Assembly: GCF_028641065.1 (NCBI RefSeq)
Contig: NW_026576276.1
Coordinates: 1 to 64,000, forward strand
DNA length: 64,000 nt
Reading direction: 5' to 3'
Source: Leucoraja erinacea
Taxonomy: Eukaryota
Shown in pieces: positions 13,258 through 24,753 of the stretch; position 1 is the stretch's first letter, and every line of letters begins with the position of its first letter. Position numbers and translations under genes: made by a program. Below the pieces are notes generated by a model. It did not search any database. It was not told where the DNA came from and saw only the letters and a list, made by a program, of their open reading frames with translations.

Positions 13258-15216
13258 TATTGTAACTAAAACCCCGCTGGGACCGACCCTGGTACTCACA
13301 TACTGGTCCCTTGTAGTAGATTGCAGCCAGTCAACTGCAAAGTCCTTTGCTGCCGAGAAATGAACTTTCTCACCGTGCTGGAGCGAAGTTGGGCACAGGT
13401 GTTTTCCCCCTCCGGGAATCGATGTGCCCATCTCCTGCAGCTGCCGGCTCCCACTGCTGCTGCCGCTGCCGCCTCCTCCGCGGTTCTCCCGCCGGCCTTC
13501 TGCACCTTACATGGACCTGGTCCATGTCTGCACCTAGAAAGGTAAGTTGAAGGAAACGCAGGGTCTCTTACCTGCTGTTCCCGACTTTCCTTCTCCCGCC
13601 GGTGACCGTCGTTCCCTGTGTCGGGTTCAAGCCGCTTGGACCGACCCCGGTGTTCACGGGCCTGGTCCTTCGCGGCAGTTCCGCAGCCGGTAACCCCGGC
13701 TGTTCCTATGGATCCCCTGGACCCTGGTGCTTACCTTGTGAAGAAGGTTTTCAGCCCGAACGTCCCGTTCCGACTCCATAAGTGCCGCTGCACTCGCTGA
13801 GCGTTTCGAGCCCCGGTACCGCTGTTCCGAGCTGTCTGTCCCGCAGCCTCTGTGCTGGCTGCTAGCGACTGGTCCCAAGCCAGTCTCGTTTGAGACTGGC
13901 ATAGGGACCTTTTTTACTTTGCTTCCCGCCCGGCCGAGAGGTGAATTTTGCCGGTGCGGGAGCAAAGTCGGGCTCAGGTTGTTCCCCTCCAGGGAAACTC
14001 GTGCTGTTGCTGCTGCTGGCTGCTCGCCCTCCACGGGTCTCCCCGCAAGCTTTCCGCAGCCTCCTAAAAGTAAGTAGTAAAAAGGAACGCAGAGTCTCTT
14101 ACCTGCTGTTCCCGACTTTCAAATCTCCCGCTTGGGGAACGCCGTTCCCCCCTGTGTGACTCGTTGCAATGCGTGTAGCGATATGACACGCATGCGTGGA
14201 AGCGGGGTTCTTCACGAAGTCACTCACGTGACTCCGAAGTAAAATCATTGCTTGCTGCAGCACAACAGAATATTGCAGGCAAAAATATAGAACACTCAGT
14301 TCAATATACACATAAATAAGCAGATAAAGTGCAATAGACTGTTACAGTTCATAGTCTGTTTGTTGGTGAGTTTAATAGCCTGATGGCTATGGGGAAGCAG
14401 CTGTTCCTGAACCTGGATGTAATAGATTTCAAGCTCCTGTACCTTCTGCCTGATGGTAGCTGAGAAATGAGTGTGTGGCCAGGATGGTGTGGGTCCTTGA
14501 TGATGTTGGCTGCCTTTTTGAGGCAGCAGCTGTGATCGATCCCTTCGATGGTGGGAAGGTCAGAGCCGATGATGGACTGGGCAGTGGTTACAACATTCGG
14601 CATCCTTTTCCGCTCCTGGACGCTCAAGTTGCGGAACCAAGCCACGATGCTACCAGTCAATATGCTCTCTACTGTGCGCCTATAGATGTTCGAGAGTCCT
14701 CCTTGACATACCGACTCTCCGTAAGCTTCTGAGGAAATCGAGGCGCTGATGTGCCTTCTTTACAATTGCATCAGTGTGCTGGGACCAGGAAAGATCTTCG
14801 GAAATATGAACGCCCAGGAATTAAGTTCTTGACCCTTTCCACCATGATATAAACGGGATTGTGGGTCCCTATCCTACCACTTCCATAGTCCACAATCAGT
14901 TCCTTGGTTTTGCTGGTGTTGAGGGCCAGGTTATTGTGCTGACACCATTTGGTCAATCGGTCGATCTCACTTCTATACTCTGACTCATCCCACAACGATG
15001 GTGTAGTCGGCGCATTTGATGATGGAGTTCGGACTATGTCCGGCTACGCAGTCATGAGTATAGAGTGACTAAAGCAGAGGGCTGAGCACGCAGCCTTGAG
15101 GTGCCCCCGTGCTGATTGTTATCGAGGATGACACATTTCCACCAATACGGACAGACTGTAGTCTGTGGATGAGGAAGTCAAGGATCCAATAGCAGAGGGA
15201 TGCACAGAGACCCAGA

Positions 15217-15219
<3 letters not shown>

Positions 15220-15256
<37 letters not shown>

Positions 15257-15715
15257 TTTTTTTTTATAAGAAGTTAATACAGCACAAAACAGTACAGTGG
15301 CACCTAATTTTAGGTGCCAACTATGTAATACCGTAATCCATTCTATGTACAACCTCTAGTTTTATGTTATAAGAAGGAAGTAAGCAGAACAAGAAAAAGA
15401 AAACAATAGAAAGGGGAAAAAGTGGAAAAATAGATGGTAGAGAGTAGAAGAACGTGAAGTGTGTATATAAAAAATAAAAAAAGGAAGAGAGAAAGTGGAA
15501 AGTAGAAATAGAAGAGAAGGCCCCTTAAAAGAGAATTTTTCAAATCTGTATTCGGAGATGTAGCTCTATCCGCGTCATGAACTGAAATCAGCAATCCTTA
15601 CGGCACCGCTGCATCACATGATTCCAAAAAGTCGATGAAAGGAGACCAACTCTTTAAGAATTGGTCATATTTATCTATTAGTCGGAGTCTCATTTCTTCA
15701 AGGCGTGCTATGTCC
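15220..15715 (-). mobile_element. 5'-truncated L1 3' end with poly(A) tail and 15-bp TSD
   Basis: Poly-T at 15219-15265; ORF2 C-terminus RLEEMRLRL..DQFLKSWSPF, similar to HLEEMRFLL..DQFQKTWSMF of the L1 at 37292-37978; TSD CAGAGACCCAGATCT at 15205-15219 and 15716-15730. Confidence 0.85.
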
Positions 15716-16034
15716 CAGAGACCCAGATCTGAGAGCTTGGTAACCAGCTTAGAGGGGACGATTGTATTAAATGGTCGAGCTGTAATCAATGAATAACAGC
15801 CTGACATATGAGTTTTTGTTGTCCAAGTGGTCCAGAGTCGAGTGGAGAGCCAGTGAGATTACATCCACTGTTGATCTGTTGTGGCGGTAAGCGAATTGCA
15901 GTGGGTTGAGGTTCTTGTCGAGGTAGCAGGAGCTCAAGATTTGGAATCTCTGGATTACTCCCAACGCCATGTGCTGCTCAGGATAGGAATAGGAAGATGG
16001 GGCACATTGTTGCAGGGGAGAGGGATCCAGGCTT

Positions 16035-16275
16035 AAAATTTAGAGATACAACGTGGAAACAGGCCATTCGAGGTCCAAAGTCGCGCCGGCCAGCAATCCC
16101 TAGCAACATGATACACACTGGGGACAATTTCCTATTTTTACCAAAGCCAATCAACTTACAAAACTGTACATCTTTAGAATGTGGGAGGAAACTGGAGCCA
16201 CTGGAGAGAACCCCGCAGTCACGGGGAGAAGGTACAAACTCTGTACAGACAGCACCAGTGGTTAGGATGAGAGTT
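16035..16275 (-). mobile_element. HE1/V-SINE-like SINE
   Basis: Same family as 8910-9230. Confidence 0.75.
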
Positions 16276-16494
16276 GAAAGTTGAACAAATATAGAGGTTA
16301 ACAACAGCAAGTTAATTAGTGAGACAGACAGGATAAGGACAGGGAGAGAGGAAAGTCTGTTACTCTGAACTGCATTTATTTTAATGCAAAAGGTGTGACA
16401 GGTAAGGCAGATGAACTTGGGGCAGAATAGGTAATACATAATATAGCTATAGCAATGTTGAGGCTTACATTATTGATGAGAGAATAACACATTT

Positions 16495-16969
16495 GATGCA
16501 CACGTCGACCTTCAATCACCCGTTTACTTAGTGGAGAAGGTGGAGCACCTTCATATAACGATCGATGGTTATAACCATCAAGAAGAAGATGTTGCCAGTC
16601 CGATTTAAGGAAATCCAGGATTGACACAAATAAGCTGGAGTAACTCAGCGGATCAGGCAGCATCTCTGGAGAAAAGGAATCCGTGACATTTCAGGTCTAG
16701 ACGCTTCTTCTCGATCCGAAACGTCACCTATTTCTTTTCTCCAGAGATGCTGCCTGACTCACTGTGTTACTCCAGCTTTTTGTGTCAATCTTCGGTTTAA
16801 ACCAGCAGTTCCTTCCAACACATTAAGGAAATCAGGAATAGGTTTATGCGGCAAGGAACATCACCATAAATCAAATTTTCTCGTGAACAAAAGAACCAAT
16901 TCTAAAGGGTAGGCAGGTGATTAGAAGCTTGTCGGCGTTTGCCAGATTCAGTGAGTACACAATCTCCAT
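16495..16969 (-). pseudogene. HCAR-like GPCR pseudogene fragment C1 (TM2-TM3), SINE-interrupted and internally deleted
   Basis: Homologous to the 5' part of the gene at 54138-55136 (ctgaatctggc, ...atcgatcgttat = IDRY). Confidence 0.7.
16620..16822. mobile_element. Palindromic Penelope-terminal-repeat-derived element (copies also at ~17850-18100, 22937-23137, 24230-24480, 30090-30290, 31390-31640, 42760-42940, 46370-46590, 53430-53700, 60330-60460)
   Basis: gacacaaa..gctggagtaactcagcgg..cagcatctctggag and its inverted copy; flanked by an approximately 15-bp TSD ttaaggaaatc(c)agga; the same repeat ends the Penelope GIY-YIG fragment at 52850-52940. Confidence 0.7.
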
Positions 16970-18381
16970 TGTGTTACAGTCACACAGTCAGAGTGCTTCA
17001 GGAGCTAGCTAATGAAAAGAAGAACAACCTTATCTGCTCAACGCATCACACTGCAGGGTGGAGTGAAACGAAGCACCAATCAGTTGTGTTGTAAACACAT
17101 TGACAATATCCTGGACACCAATAAGTTGGTATTTAGAAATAATTAGTCAGTATTGCAGAATTTGCAGTACACCATGATGGTTTTAGCATCAGAACAGAGA
17201 ACAGTACAGCACAGGAACAAACTAACATGCCGAACTTAATGACTAGATGAACCATAATCCATATCACTCCCTTCGCAGCATATCTATGTGCCTGTCTAAA
17301 AGCCTCATGTCTGCCTCCACCACCACCTCTGGCAGCGCATTCCTGGCACCTATCACCCACTGTGTAGAAAGTTTGCCCCATACATCTTGTTTCACAATGT
17401 TACTGTAATCACTTCCATATTCCTTATGAAATTCTCTAGCACCTTTTGTTAAATTAAGCATGCAAACTCCCAATGACAATGAAGGATTAAGATGAGGTTT
17501 ATTACCGTCACATGTACTGAGATACAATGAAAAGCTCGATTCTGCATGCTCTCCAAACCGATCAGATATGCCACACATAGATACATTCAGTTTAAACTCA
17601 CGGTCAAAAGACAATGCAACGGAGAAGCTACACAGCGCAAGATATAGAAGTGTACATGTATTTGAGATGGAGGTGAATCTGTGACCATACAGTATATATT
17701 TGATTCAGAGCTCAGTGAAGTTACTGTACGACACACGATTTTTTGAAGAAGAAGAATCCAAAAGATTCAACTGAAGAATGGTTTGGAATAAAATTCTCAT
17801 CCAGCTACAAGTGACTGACATAAATAACTGACAATGGACAGGGAAGGAACCACACAAAGTGCTGGAGTAACTCAAAGGGACAGTCACCATCTCGGGATAA
17901 CATGGACAAGCAACTTTTTGGGTCAGGTGCTTTGGACCCATCTTCAAAAGTTGTCACAATCCACACTGTTGAATTTGAAGAAGGGTCCCGACCTCAACGC
18001 CACCTATCCATTTTATCCAGAGATGCTGCCTGACTCGCTGAGTTACTCCAGCACTTTGTGAGTTTTGTTCAAGATTAAAACATCTGCAGTTCCTTATGTT
18101 CACTGTGCAAGTATTGTGCTTACAGAGAACACATGAGAAGAGGAACTCTTGTGATCGCAATCTCTTTTAAGATGATAGAGACAATTTGTTGCACCATGTC
18201 TAGGCCAGGAAACTGCAATTTATTACACTTTATATCAGAAATTATTTACTCAAATCAAATGACCGCTTGACAAAATATTTAACATTTGCACAATTTCAGT
18301 TTTACACTCATGCACAAACTTTGCCCTCACTACCTAATAAAATAAGCATCTGGTTCAGTCAGCATACGTGATCAGAGCGGT

Positions 18382-20858
18382 CTACATATAGATTGGGTGA
18401 ATCAAATTGGCAGGGGTGCTGAGGAAGAGGATTTCTTGGAATGTATGCGGGATAGTTATCTAAATCAACATGTAGAGGAACCAACGAGAGAGCAGGCTAT
18501 TTTAGACTGGGTATTGAGTAATGAGGAAGGGTTAGCAATCTTGTTGTACGTGCCCCCTTGGGCAAGAGTGACCATAATACGGTTGAGTTCTTCATTAGGA
18601 TGGAGAGTGACATTGTTAATTCAGAAACAATGGTTCTGAACTTAAAGAAAGGTAACTTTGAGGGTATGAGACGTGAATTGGCCAAGATTGACTGGCAATT
18701 AATTCTAAAAGGGTTGACGGTGGATATGCAATGGAAGACATTTAAAGACTGCATGGATGAACTACAAAAATTGTTCATCCCAGTTTGGCAAAAGAATAAA
18801 TCAGGGAAGGTAGTACATCCATGGATAACAAGGGAAATCAGGGATAGTATCAAAGCGAAGGATGATGCATACAAATTAGCCAGAAAAAGCAGCATACCGG
18901 AGGACTGGGAGAAATTCAAAGACCAGCAGAGGAGGACAAAGGGCTTAATTAGGAAAGGAAAAATAGATTATGAAAGAAAACTGGCAGGGAACATAAAAAC
19001 TGACTGCAAAAGTTTTTATAGATATGTGAAAAGAAAGAGATTAGTTAAAACAAATGTAGGTCCCTTGCAGTCAGAAACAGGGGAGTTGATCATGGGGAAC
19101 AAGGATATGGCGGACCAATTGAATAACTACTTTGGTTCCGTCTTCACTAAGGAAGACATAAATAATTTGCCGGAAATAGCAGGGGACCACGGGTCAAAGG
19201 AGTTGGAGGAATTGAGTGAAATCCAGGTTAGCAGGGAAGTGGTGTTGGGTATATTGAATGGATTATAGGCCGATAAATCCCCAGGGCCAGATAGGCTGCA
19301 TCCCAGAGTACTTAAGGAAGTAGCTCCAGAAATAGTGGATGCATTAGTAATAATCTTTCAAAACTCTTTAGATTCTGGAGTAGTTCATGAAGATTGGCGG
19401 GTAGCAAATGTAACCCCACTTTTTAAGAAGGAAGGGAGAGAGAAAATGGGAAATTACAGACCAGTTAGTCTAACATCGATAGTGGGAAAACTGCTAGAGT
19501 CAGTTATTAAAGATGGGATAGCAGCACATTTGGAAAGTGGTGAAATCACTGGACAAAGTCAGCATGGATTTACGAAAGGTAAATCATGTCTGTCGAATCT
19601 TATAGAATTTTTCGAGGATGTAACTAGTAGCGTGGATAGGGGAGAACCAGTGGATGTGGTGTATCTGGACTTCCAGAAGGCTTTCGACAAGGTCCCACAT
19701 AAGAAATTAGTATACAAACTTAAAGCACAAGGCATTGGGGGTTCAGTATTGATGTGGATAGAGAACTGGCTGGCAAACAGGAAGCAAAGAGTAGGAGTAA
19801 ACGGGTCCTTTTCACAATGGCAGGCAGTGACTAGTGGGGTACCCCAAGGCTCAGTACTGGGACCCCAGCTATATACAATATATATTAATGATCTGGATGA
19901 GGGAATTGAAGGCAATATCTCCAAGTTTGCGGATGACACTAAGCTGGGGGGCAGTGTTAGCTGTGAGGAGGATGCTAGGAGACTGCAGGGTGACTTGGAT
20001 AGGCTGGGTGAGTGAGCAAATGTTTGGCAGATGCAGTATAATGTGGATAAATGTGAGGTTATCCATTTTGGTGGCAAAAACAGGAAAGCAGACTATTATC
20101 TAAATGGTGGCCGATTGGGAAAGGGGGAGATGCAGCGAGACCTGGGTGTCATGGTACACCAGTCATTGAAGGTAGGCATGCAGGTTCAGCAGGCAGTAAA
20201 GAAAGCGAATGGTATGTTAGCTTTCATTGCAAAAGGATTTGAGTATAGGAGCAGAGAGGTTCTACTGCAGTTGTACAGGGTATTGGTGAGACCACACCTG
20301 GAGTATTGCGTACAGTTTTGGTCTCCAAATCTGAGGAAGGACATTATTGCCATAGAGGGAGTGCAGAGACGGTTCACCAGACTGATTCCTGGGATGTCAG
20401 GACTGTCTTATGAAGAAAGACTGGATAGACTTGGTTTATACTCTCTAGAATTTAGAAGATTGAGAGGGGATCTTATAGAAACTTACAAAATTCTTAAGGG
20501 GTTGGACAGGCTAGATGCAGGAAGATTGTTCCCGATGTTAGGGAAGTCCAGGACAAGGGGTCACAGCTTAAGGATAAAGGGGAAATCCTTTAAAACCGAG
20601 ATGAGAAGAACTTTTTCACGCAGAGAGTGGTGAATCTCTGGAACTCTCTGCCACAGAGGGTAGTTGAGGCCAGTTCATTGGCTATATTTAAGAGGGACTG
20701 AGATGTGGTCCTTGTGGCTAAGGGGATCAGGGGGTATGGAGAGAAGGCAGGTACGGGATACTGAGTTGGATGATCAGCCATGATCATATTGAATGGCGGT
20801 GCAGGCTCGAAGGGCCGAATGGCCTACTCCTGCACCTAATTTCTATGTTTCTATGTTT
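18382..20858 (+). mobile_element. Young 5'-truncated CR1 LINE (ORF2: end of APE endonuclease plus RT), few disruptions
   Basis: ORFs 18397-18639, 18558-19268, 19335-20015 ([31 protein letters not shown]) and 20031-20633; (TTCTATGT)n tail; inserted in the last codons of a minus-strand GPCR remnant. Confidence 0.97.
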
Positions 20859-20964
20859 CAGGGATCATTTGTCGAGCTGCAGTCAGCCCATCCATCGAGC
20901 CCTCTTGTTCAGTTTCTTGACTTGTGACTGGTCTGCCAGACTTTAATTTCAGACGAAGGAGAGC
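20853..20964 (-). pseudogene. 3' remnant (B1) of a minus-strand HCAR-like gene; its stop codon lies across the CR1 at 18372-18381
   Basis: Identical to 24754-24873 apart from the CR1 insertion; the remainder is deleted. Confidence 0.8.
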
Positions 20965-21073
20965 CTGTAAAGTACTATTTGTTGGTGTATTTTACTCCAC
21001 CCACCAGCTGTGATGATGAAGTTGAAGTAAGTTCTGCTTTCATCTCTGGAGCACAGTGAGTGCGTGTAAAGTC

Positions 21074-22093
21074 ATGAAGAACGCGAACCAGGCATGTGCT
21101 GCAAGTGCAGATGCCAACTTTGACTACAACCCACCAGTAATTCTTATCACATTCATCCTAGGATTGGCTGGAAATGTAACTGCCTTGTGGATCTTCTGCT
21201 TTCACGTGAAATCCCGGAGACCAAACGTTGTGTACTCGCTAAACCTGATGATCGCTGACACTCTGATGATATGCTTCCTACCTTTTCGAGCCCATTATTT
21301 TATCAACGGGAAGGACTGGATCTTCGGTGATGTGCCCTGTCGCCTAAACATCTTCATGATCTCCCTAAACCGGGTTGGCAGCGTCATCTTCCTGATGGCC
21401 ATAGCCGTCGATCGCTACTTTAAGGTGGTCCGCCCGTTTCACAAAGCCAACAAGATATCTCCAAGGTGTGCGGCGATGTTAGCAGGAGCCCTGTGGGTCG
21501 TGGCAGTGGGGATTTGTTTACACTTGTTGGTAGAGCCACACGACTTCCATCCAAATAACATGACCAAGACCTACTGTGAAGCATTCAACATGGCCAACCC
21601 TCACGGGGCCACCGCAATTTGGACGAACACTGTGTTTATATTATTTATGTTCATTTTACCGGTCTCCGTTTTAGTTTTCTCCAGCTCCTGCATCATTTGG
21701 AAGTTAAGGCAGATGGAGACTGAGATGAGGCGTAAATATAAGCGCACCGTGAAGCTTGTGATAGCTGTGGTCGTGGTCTTTGTTATTTGTTTCTTGCCCA
21801 CCAACATTGCCGTGGTCGCCGTTATAGTTACAAAGCAAAAACCCACAGACTGCAAGAAATACATCACCGCTGTTAATATCTTCTACAACACGTTGTTCGT
21901 GACATACCTGGACAGTGTGATCGACCCAGTGATTTACTATTTTTCAAATTCAGCATTCAAGGATGCGTTGAAGAAAGCTCTCGTTCATCTAAATTTAAGG
22001 TCTTGCAAATCAGCTACGAGTCAAGATAATGAACAAGGGGAATCCCAAGGACAGACATTGGATCAACAAACGGCCTCTGAAACCCCCCTCTGA
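21074..22093 (+). CDS. Hydroxycarboxylic acid receptor-like class A GPCR (A1), intronless, intact
   Basis: Seven TM segments; GN.TALWIFCFH, ADT...LPFR, WIFGDVPCR, LNRVGS (R3.36), DRY, CFLP, DPVIYY; best recognised as the HCAR1/2/3-OXER1 clade. First ATG at 21074. Confidence 0.92.
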   Translation: MKNANQACAASADANFDYNPPVILITFILGLAGNVTALWIFCFHVKSRRPNVVYSLNLMIADTLMICFLPFRAHYFINGKDWIFGDVPCRLNIFMISLNRVGSVIFLMAIAVDRYFKVVRPFHKANKISPRCAAMLAGALWVVAVGICLHLLVEPHDFHPNNMTKTYCEAFNMANPHGATAIWTNTVFILFMFILPVSVLVFSSSCIIWKLRQMETEMRRKYKRTVKLVIAVVVVFVICFLPTNIAVVAVIVTKQKPTDCKKYITAVNIFYNTLFVTYLDSVIDPVIYYFSNSAFKDALKKALVHLNLRSCKSATSQDNEQGESQGQTLDQQTASETPL

Positions 22094-22230
22094 TCACTTG
22101 CAGGCAGCCCGGACTGAGTCAGAAGTCTATCATTGGGTAATTAAAGCCCAGCGTGTAAAACCATGACATTGTACAAGTTTTTAAATGTTGTCAATGCTGA
22201 AGTCTAGCTTAATGAGCAACTTCTGAAATA

Positions 22231-22535
22231 TTTTTCTTTTTTTTTTTAATCTTTTTATTAGAAGCAAACATGTTATGGTAAAATATAGTTACATATTATA
22301 GTAAAACCTTTTCATGTACATCAATCATACATTATTAAAATTTTCAATTGTGGATTGATTCTGCTTCTAGTTTTTTTTTAATATAGATAGAAAGAGAGAA
22401 AAAAAAGAATTACAAATGTCAAAAAAGAAAAAAAAGTGGAATGAATTACTAATAATACGTCATTGGAGATAGGTTCGTAGATTATAAAGTATAACTTTTC
22501 ATTTAATCCTGAGTTCAAGCTTCAGTTAGGTTTCT
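22231..22535 (-). mobile_element. L1-type 3' UTR/poly(A) fragment (second copy at ~29394-29697)
   Basis: Poly-T plus TTTATT, purine-rich body; absent at the paralogous empty site ~40738. Confidence 0.6.
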
Positions 22536-22809
22536 TATAAACTTATAAACACAAGATAACTTCGTGTAATTTAATTTTAGTTTAGTTTATTGTCACGTGT
22601 ACCGAGGTGTAGTGAAAATATTTTTAGTTGCGTGCTATCCAGTCAGTGGAAAGACAGGGAGAGAGGAAAGTCTGTTACTCTGAACTGCATTTATTTTAAT
22701 GCAAAAGGTATGACAGGTAAGGCAGATGAACTTGGGGCAGAATAGGTAATACATAATATAGCTATAGCAATGTTGAGGCTTACATTATTGATGAGAGAAT
22801 AACACATTT

Positions 22810-23406
22810 GATGCACACGTCGACCTTCAATCACCCGTTTACTTAGTGGAGAAGGTGGAGCACCTTCATATAACGATCGATGGTTATAACCATCAAGAAG
22901 AAGATGTTGCCAGTCCGATTTAAGGAAATCCAGGATTGACACAAATAAGCTGGAGTAACTCAGCGGAACAGGCAGCATCTCTGGAGAAAAGGAATCCGTG
23001 ACATTTCAGGTCTAGACACTTCTTCTCGATCCGAAACGTCACCTATTTCTTTTCTCCAGAGATGCTGCCTGACGCACTGTGTTACTCCAGCTTTTTGTGT
23101 CTATCTTCGGTTTAAACCAGCAGTTCCTTCCAACACATTAAGGAAATCAGGAATAGGTTTATGCGGCAACGAACATCACCACAAATCAAATTTTCTCATG
23201 AACAAAAGAACCAATTCTAAAGGGTAGGCAGGTGATTAGAAGCTTGTCGGCGTTTGCCAGATTCAGTGAGTACACGGTGTTTGATTTCCAGCGTTATACA
23301 TGAAAGAGGAAGATCCACAGGGCCATAGCATTTCCAACAAATCCCAGGACGATGGTGACACAAATGACAAGTGTGGTGTGGAACGAGAGGACGGTTTCAT
23401 CTCCAT
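22810..23406 (-). pseudogene. HCAR-like GPCR pseudogene fragment C2 (TM1-TM3)
   Basis: HTTLVICVTIVLGFVGNAMALWIFLFHV*RWKSNTVYSLNLA homologous to the 54138 gene; stop codons, SINE insertion, 3' truncated. Confidence 0.8.
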
Positions 23407-24753
23407 TGTGTTAGTCACACAGTCAGAGTGCTTCAGGAGCTAGCTAATGAAAAGAAGAACAACCTTATCTGCTCAACGCATCACACTGCAGGGTGGTGTG
23501 AAACGAAGCACCAATCATTTGTGTTGTAAACACATTGACAATATCCTGGACAACAATAAGTTGGTATTTAGAAATAATTAGTCAGTATTGCAGAATTTGC
23601 AGTACACCATGATGGTTTTAGCATCAGAACAGAGAAGAGTACAGCACAGGAACAAACTAACATGCCGAACATAATGACTAGATGAACCATAATCCATATC
23701 GCTCCATTCGCTGCATATCTATGTGCCTGGCACGTATCACCCACTGTGTAGAAAGTTTGCCCCATACATCTTGTTTCACAATGTTACTGTAATCACTTCC
23801 ATATTCCTTATGAAATTCTCTACCACACTTTTGTTTAATTAAGCATGCAAACTCCCAATGACAATGAAGGATTAAGATGAGGTTTATTACCGTCACATGT
23901 ACTGAGATACAATGAAAAGCTCGATTCTGCATGCTCTCCAAACCGATCAGATATGCCACACAGATACATTCAGTTCAAACTCAAGGTCAAAAGACAAAGC
24001 AACAGAGAAGCTACACAGTGCAAGATATAGAAGTGTACATGTATTTGAGATGGAGGTGAATCTGTGACCATACAGTATATATTTGATTCAGAGCTCAGTG
24101 AAGTTACTGTACAACACACGATTTTTTGAAGAAGAAGAATCCAAAAGATTCAACTGAAGAATGGTTTGGAATAAAATTCTCATCCAGCTACAAGTGACTG
24201 ACATAAATAACTGACAATGGACAGGGAAGGAACCACACAAAGTGCTGGAGTAACTCAAAGGGACAGGCACCATCTCGGGATAACATGGACAAGCAACTTT
24301 TTGGGTCAGGTGCTTTGGACCCATCTTCAGAAGTTGTCACAATCCACACTGTTGAATTTGAAGAAGGGTCCAACCTCAACGCCACCTATCCATTTTCTCC
24401 AGAGATGCTGCCTGACTCGCTGAGTTACTCCAGCACTTTGTGAGTTTTGTTCAAGATTAAAACATCTGCAGTTCCTTATGTCCACTGTGCAAGTATTGTG
24501 CTTACAGAGAATACATGAGAAGAGGAACTCTTGTGATCGCAATCTCTTTTAAGATGATAGAGACAATTTGTTGCACCATGTCTAGGCCAGGAAACTGCAA
24601 TTTATTACACTTTATATCAGAAATTATTTACTCAAATCAAATGACTGCTTGACAAAATATTTAACATTTGCACAATTTCAGTTTTACACTCATGCACAAA
24701 CTTTGCCCTCACTACCTAATAAAATAAGCATCTGGTTCAGTCAGCATACGTGA

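Larger units (their letters stand above)
9427..14245 (-). mobile_element. DIRS1-like tyrosine-recombinase retrotransposon, non-autonomous (decayed ORFs, intact ITR/ICR ends)
   Basis: Inverted terminal repeats 9501-9535 and 14184-14218; internal complementary region ~9647-9760 matches both termini; AAT at both ends (9427-9429, 14243-14245); YR remnant TISxWLK.VLKMAGIDT near 10150-10210; no TSD. Confidence 0.9.
9368..15930 (-). mobile_element. Rex1/Babar-like non-LTR retrotransposon, split by the DIRS element and an L1 tail
   Basis: Tail (caagt)n at 9368-9390; body resumes at 14246; ORFs LPSGRRYRSL..RFRNS.FP.AIRLLN (14349-14660), WCQHNNLALNTSKTKELIVD (14771-14995), [27 protein letters not shown] (15767-15970). 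Confidence 0.8.

Noticed and set aside
13234-14159. GC-rich ORFs as host genes
   Set aside because: They lie within the DIRS leader/gag region, are short and have no recognisable domain
19559-20077. Antisense ORFs over CR1, L1 and GPCR genes (e.g. 19559-20077, 32301-32699, 54385-54795, 59215-59652)
   Set aside because: Shadow frames of real coding sequence on the opposite strand
21056-21073. GTG start for A1 (and 28219 for A2) given by the ORF track
   Set aside because: Eukaryotic genes; the first ATG (21074 and 28237) aligns with paralog starts
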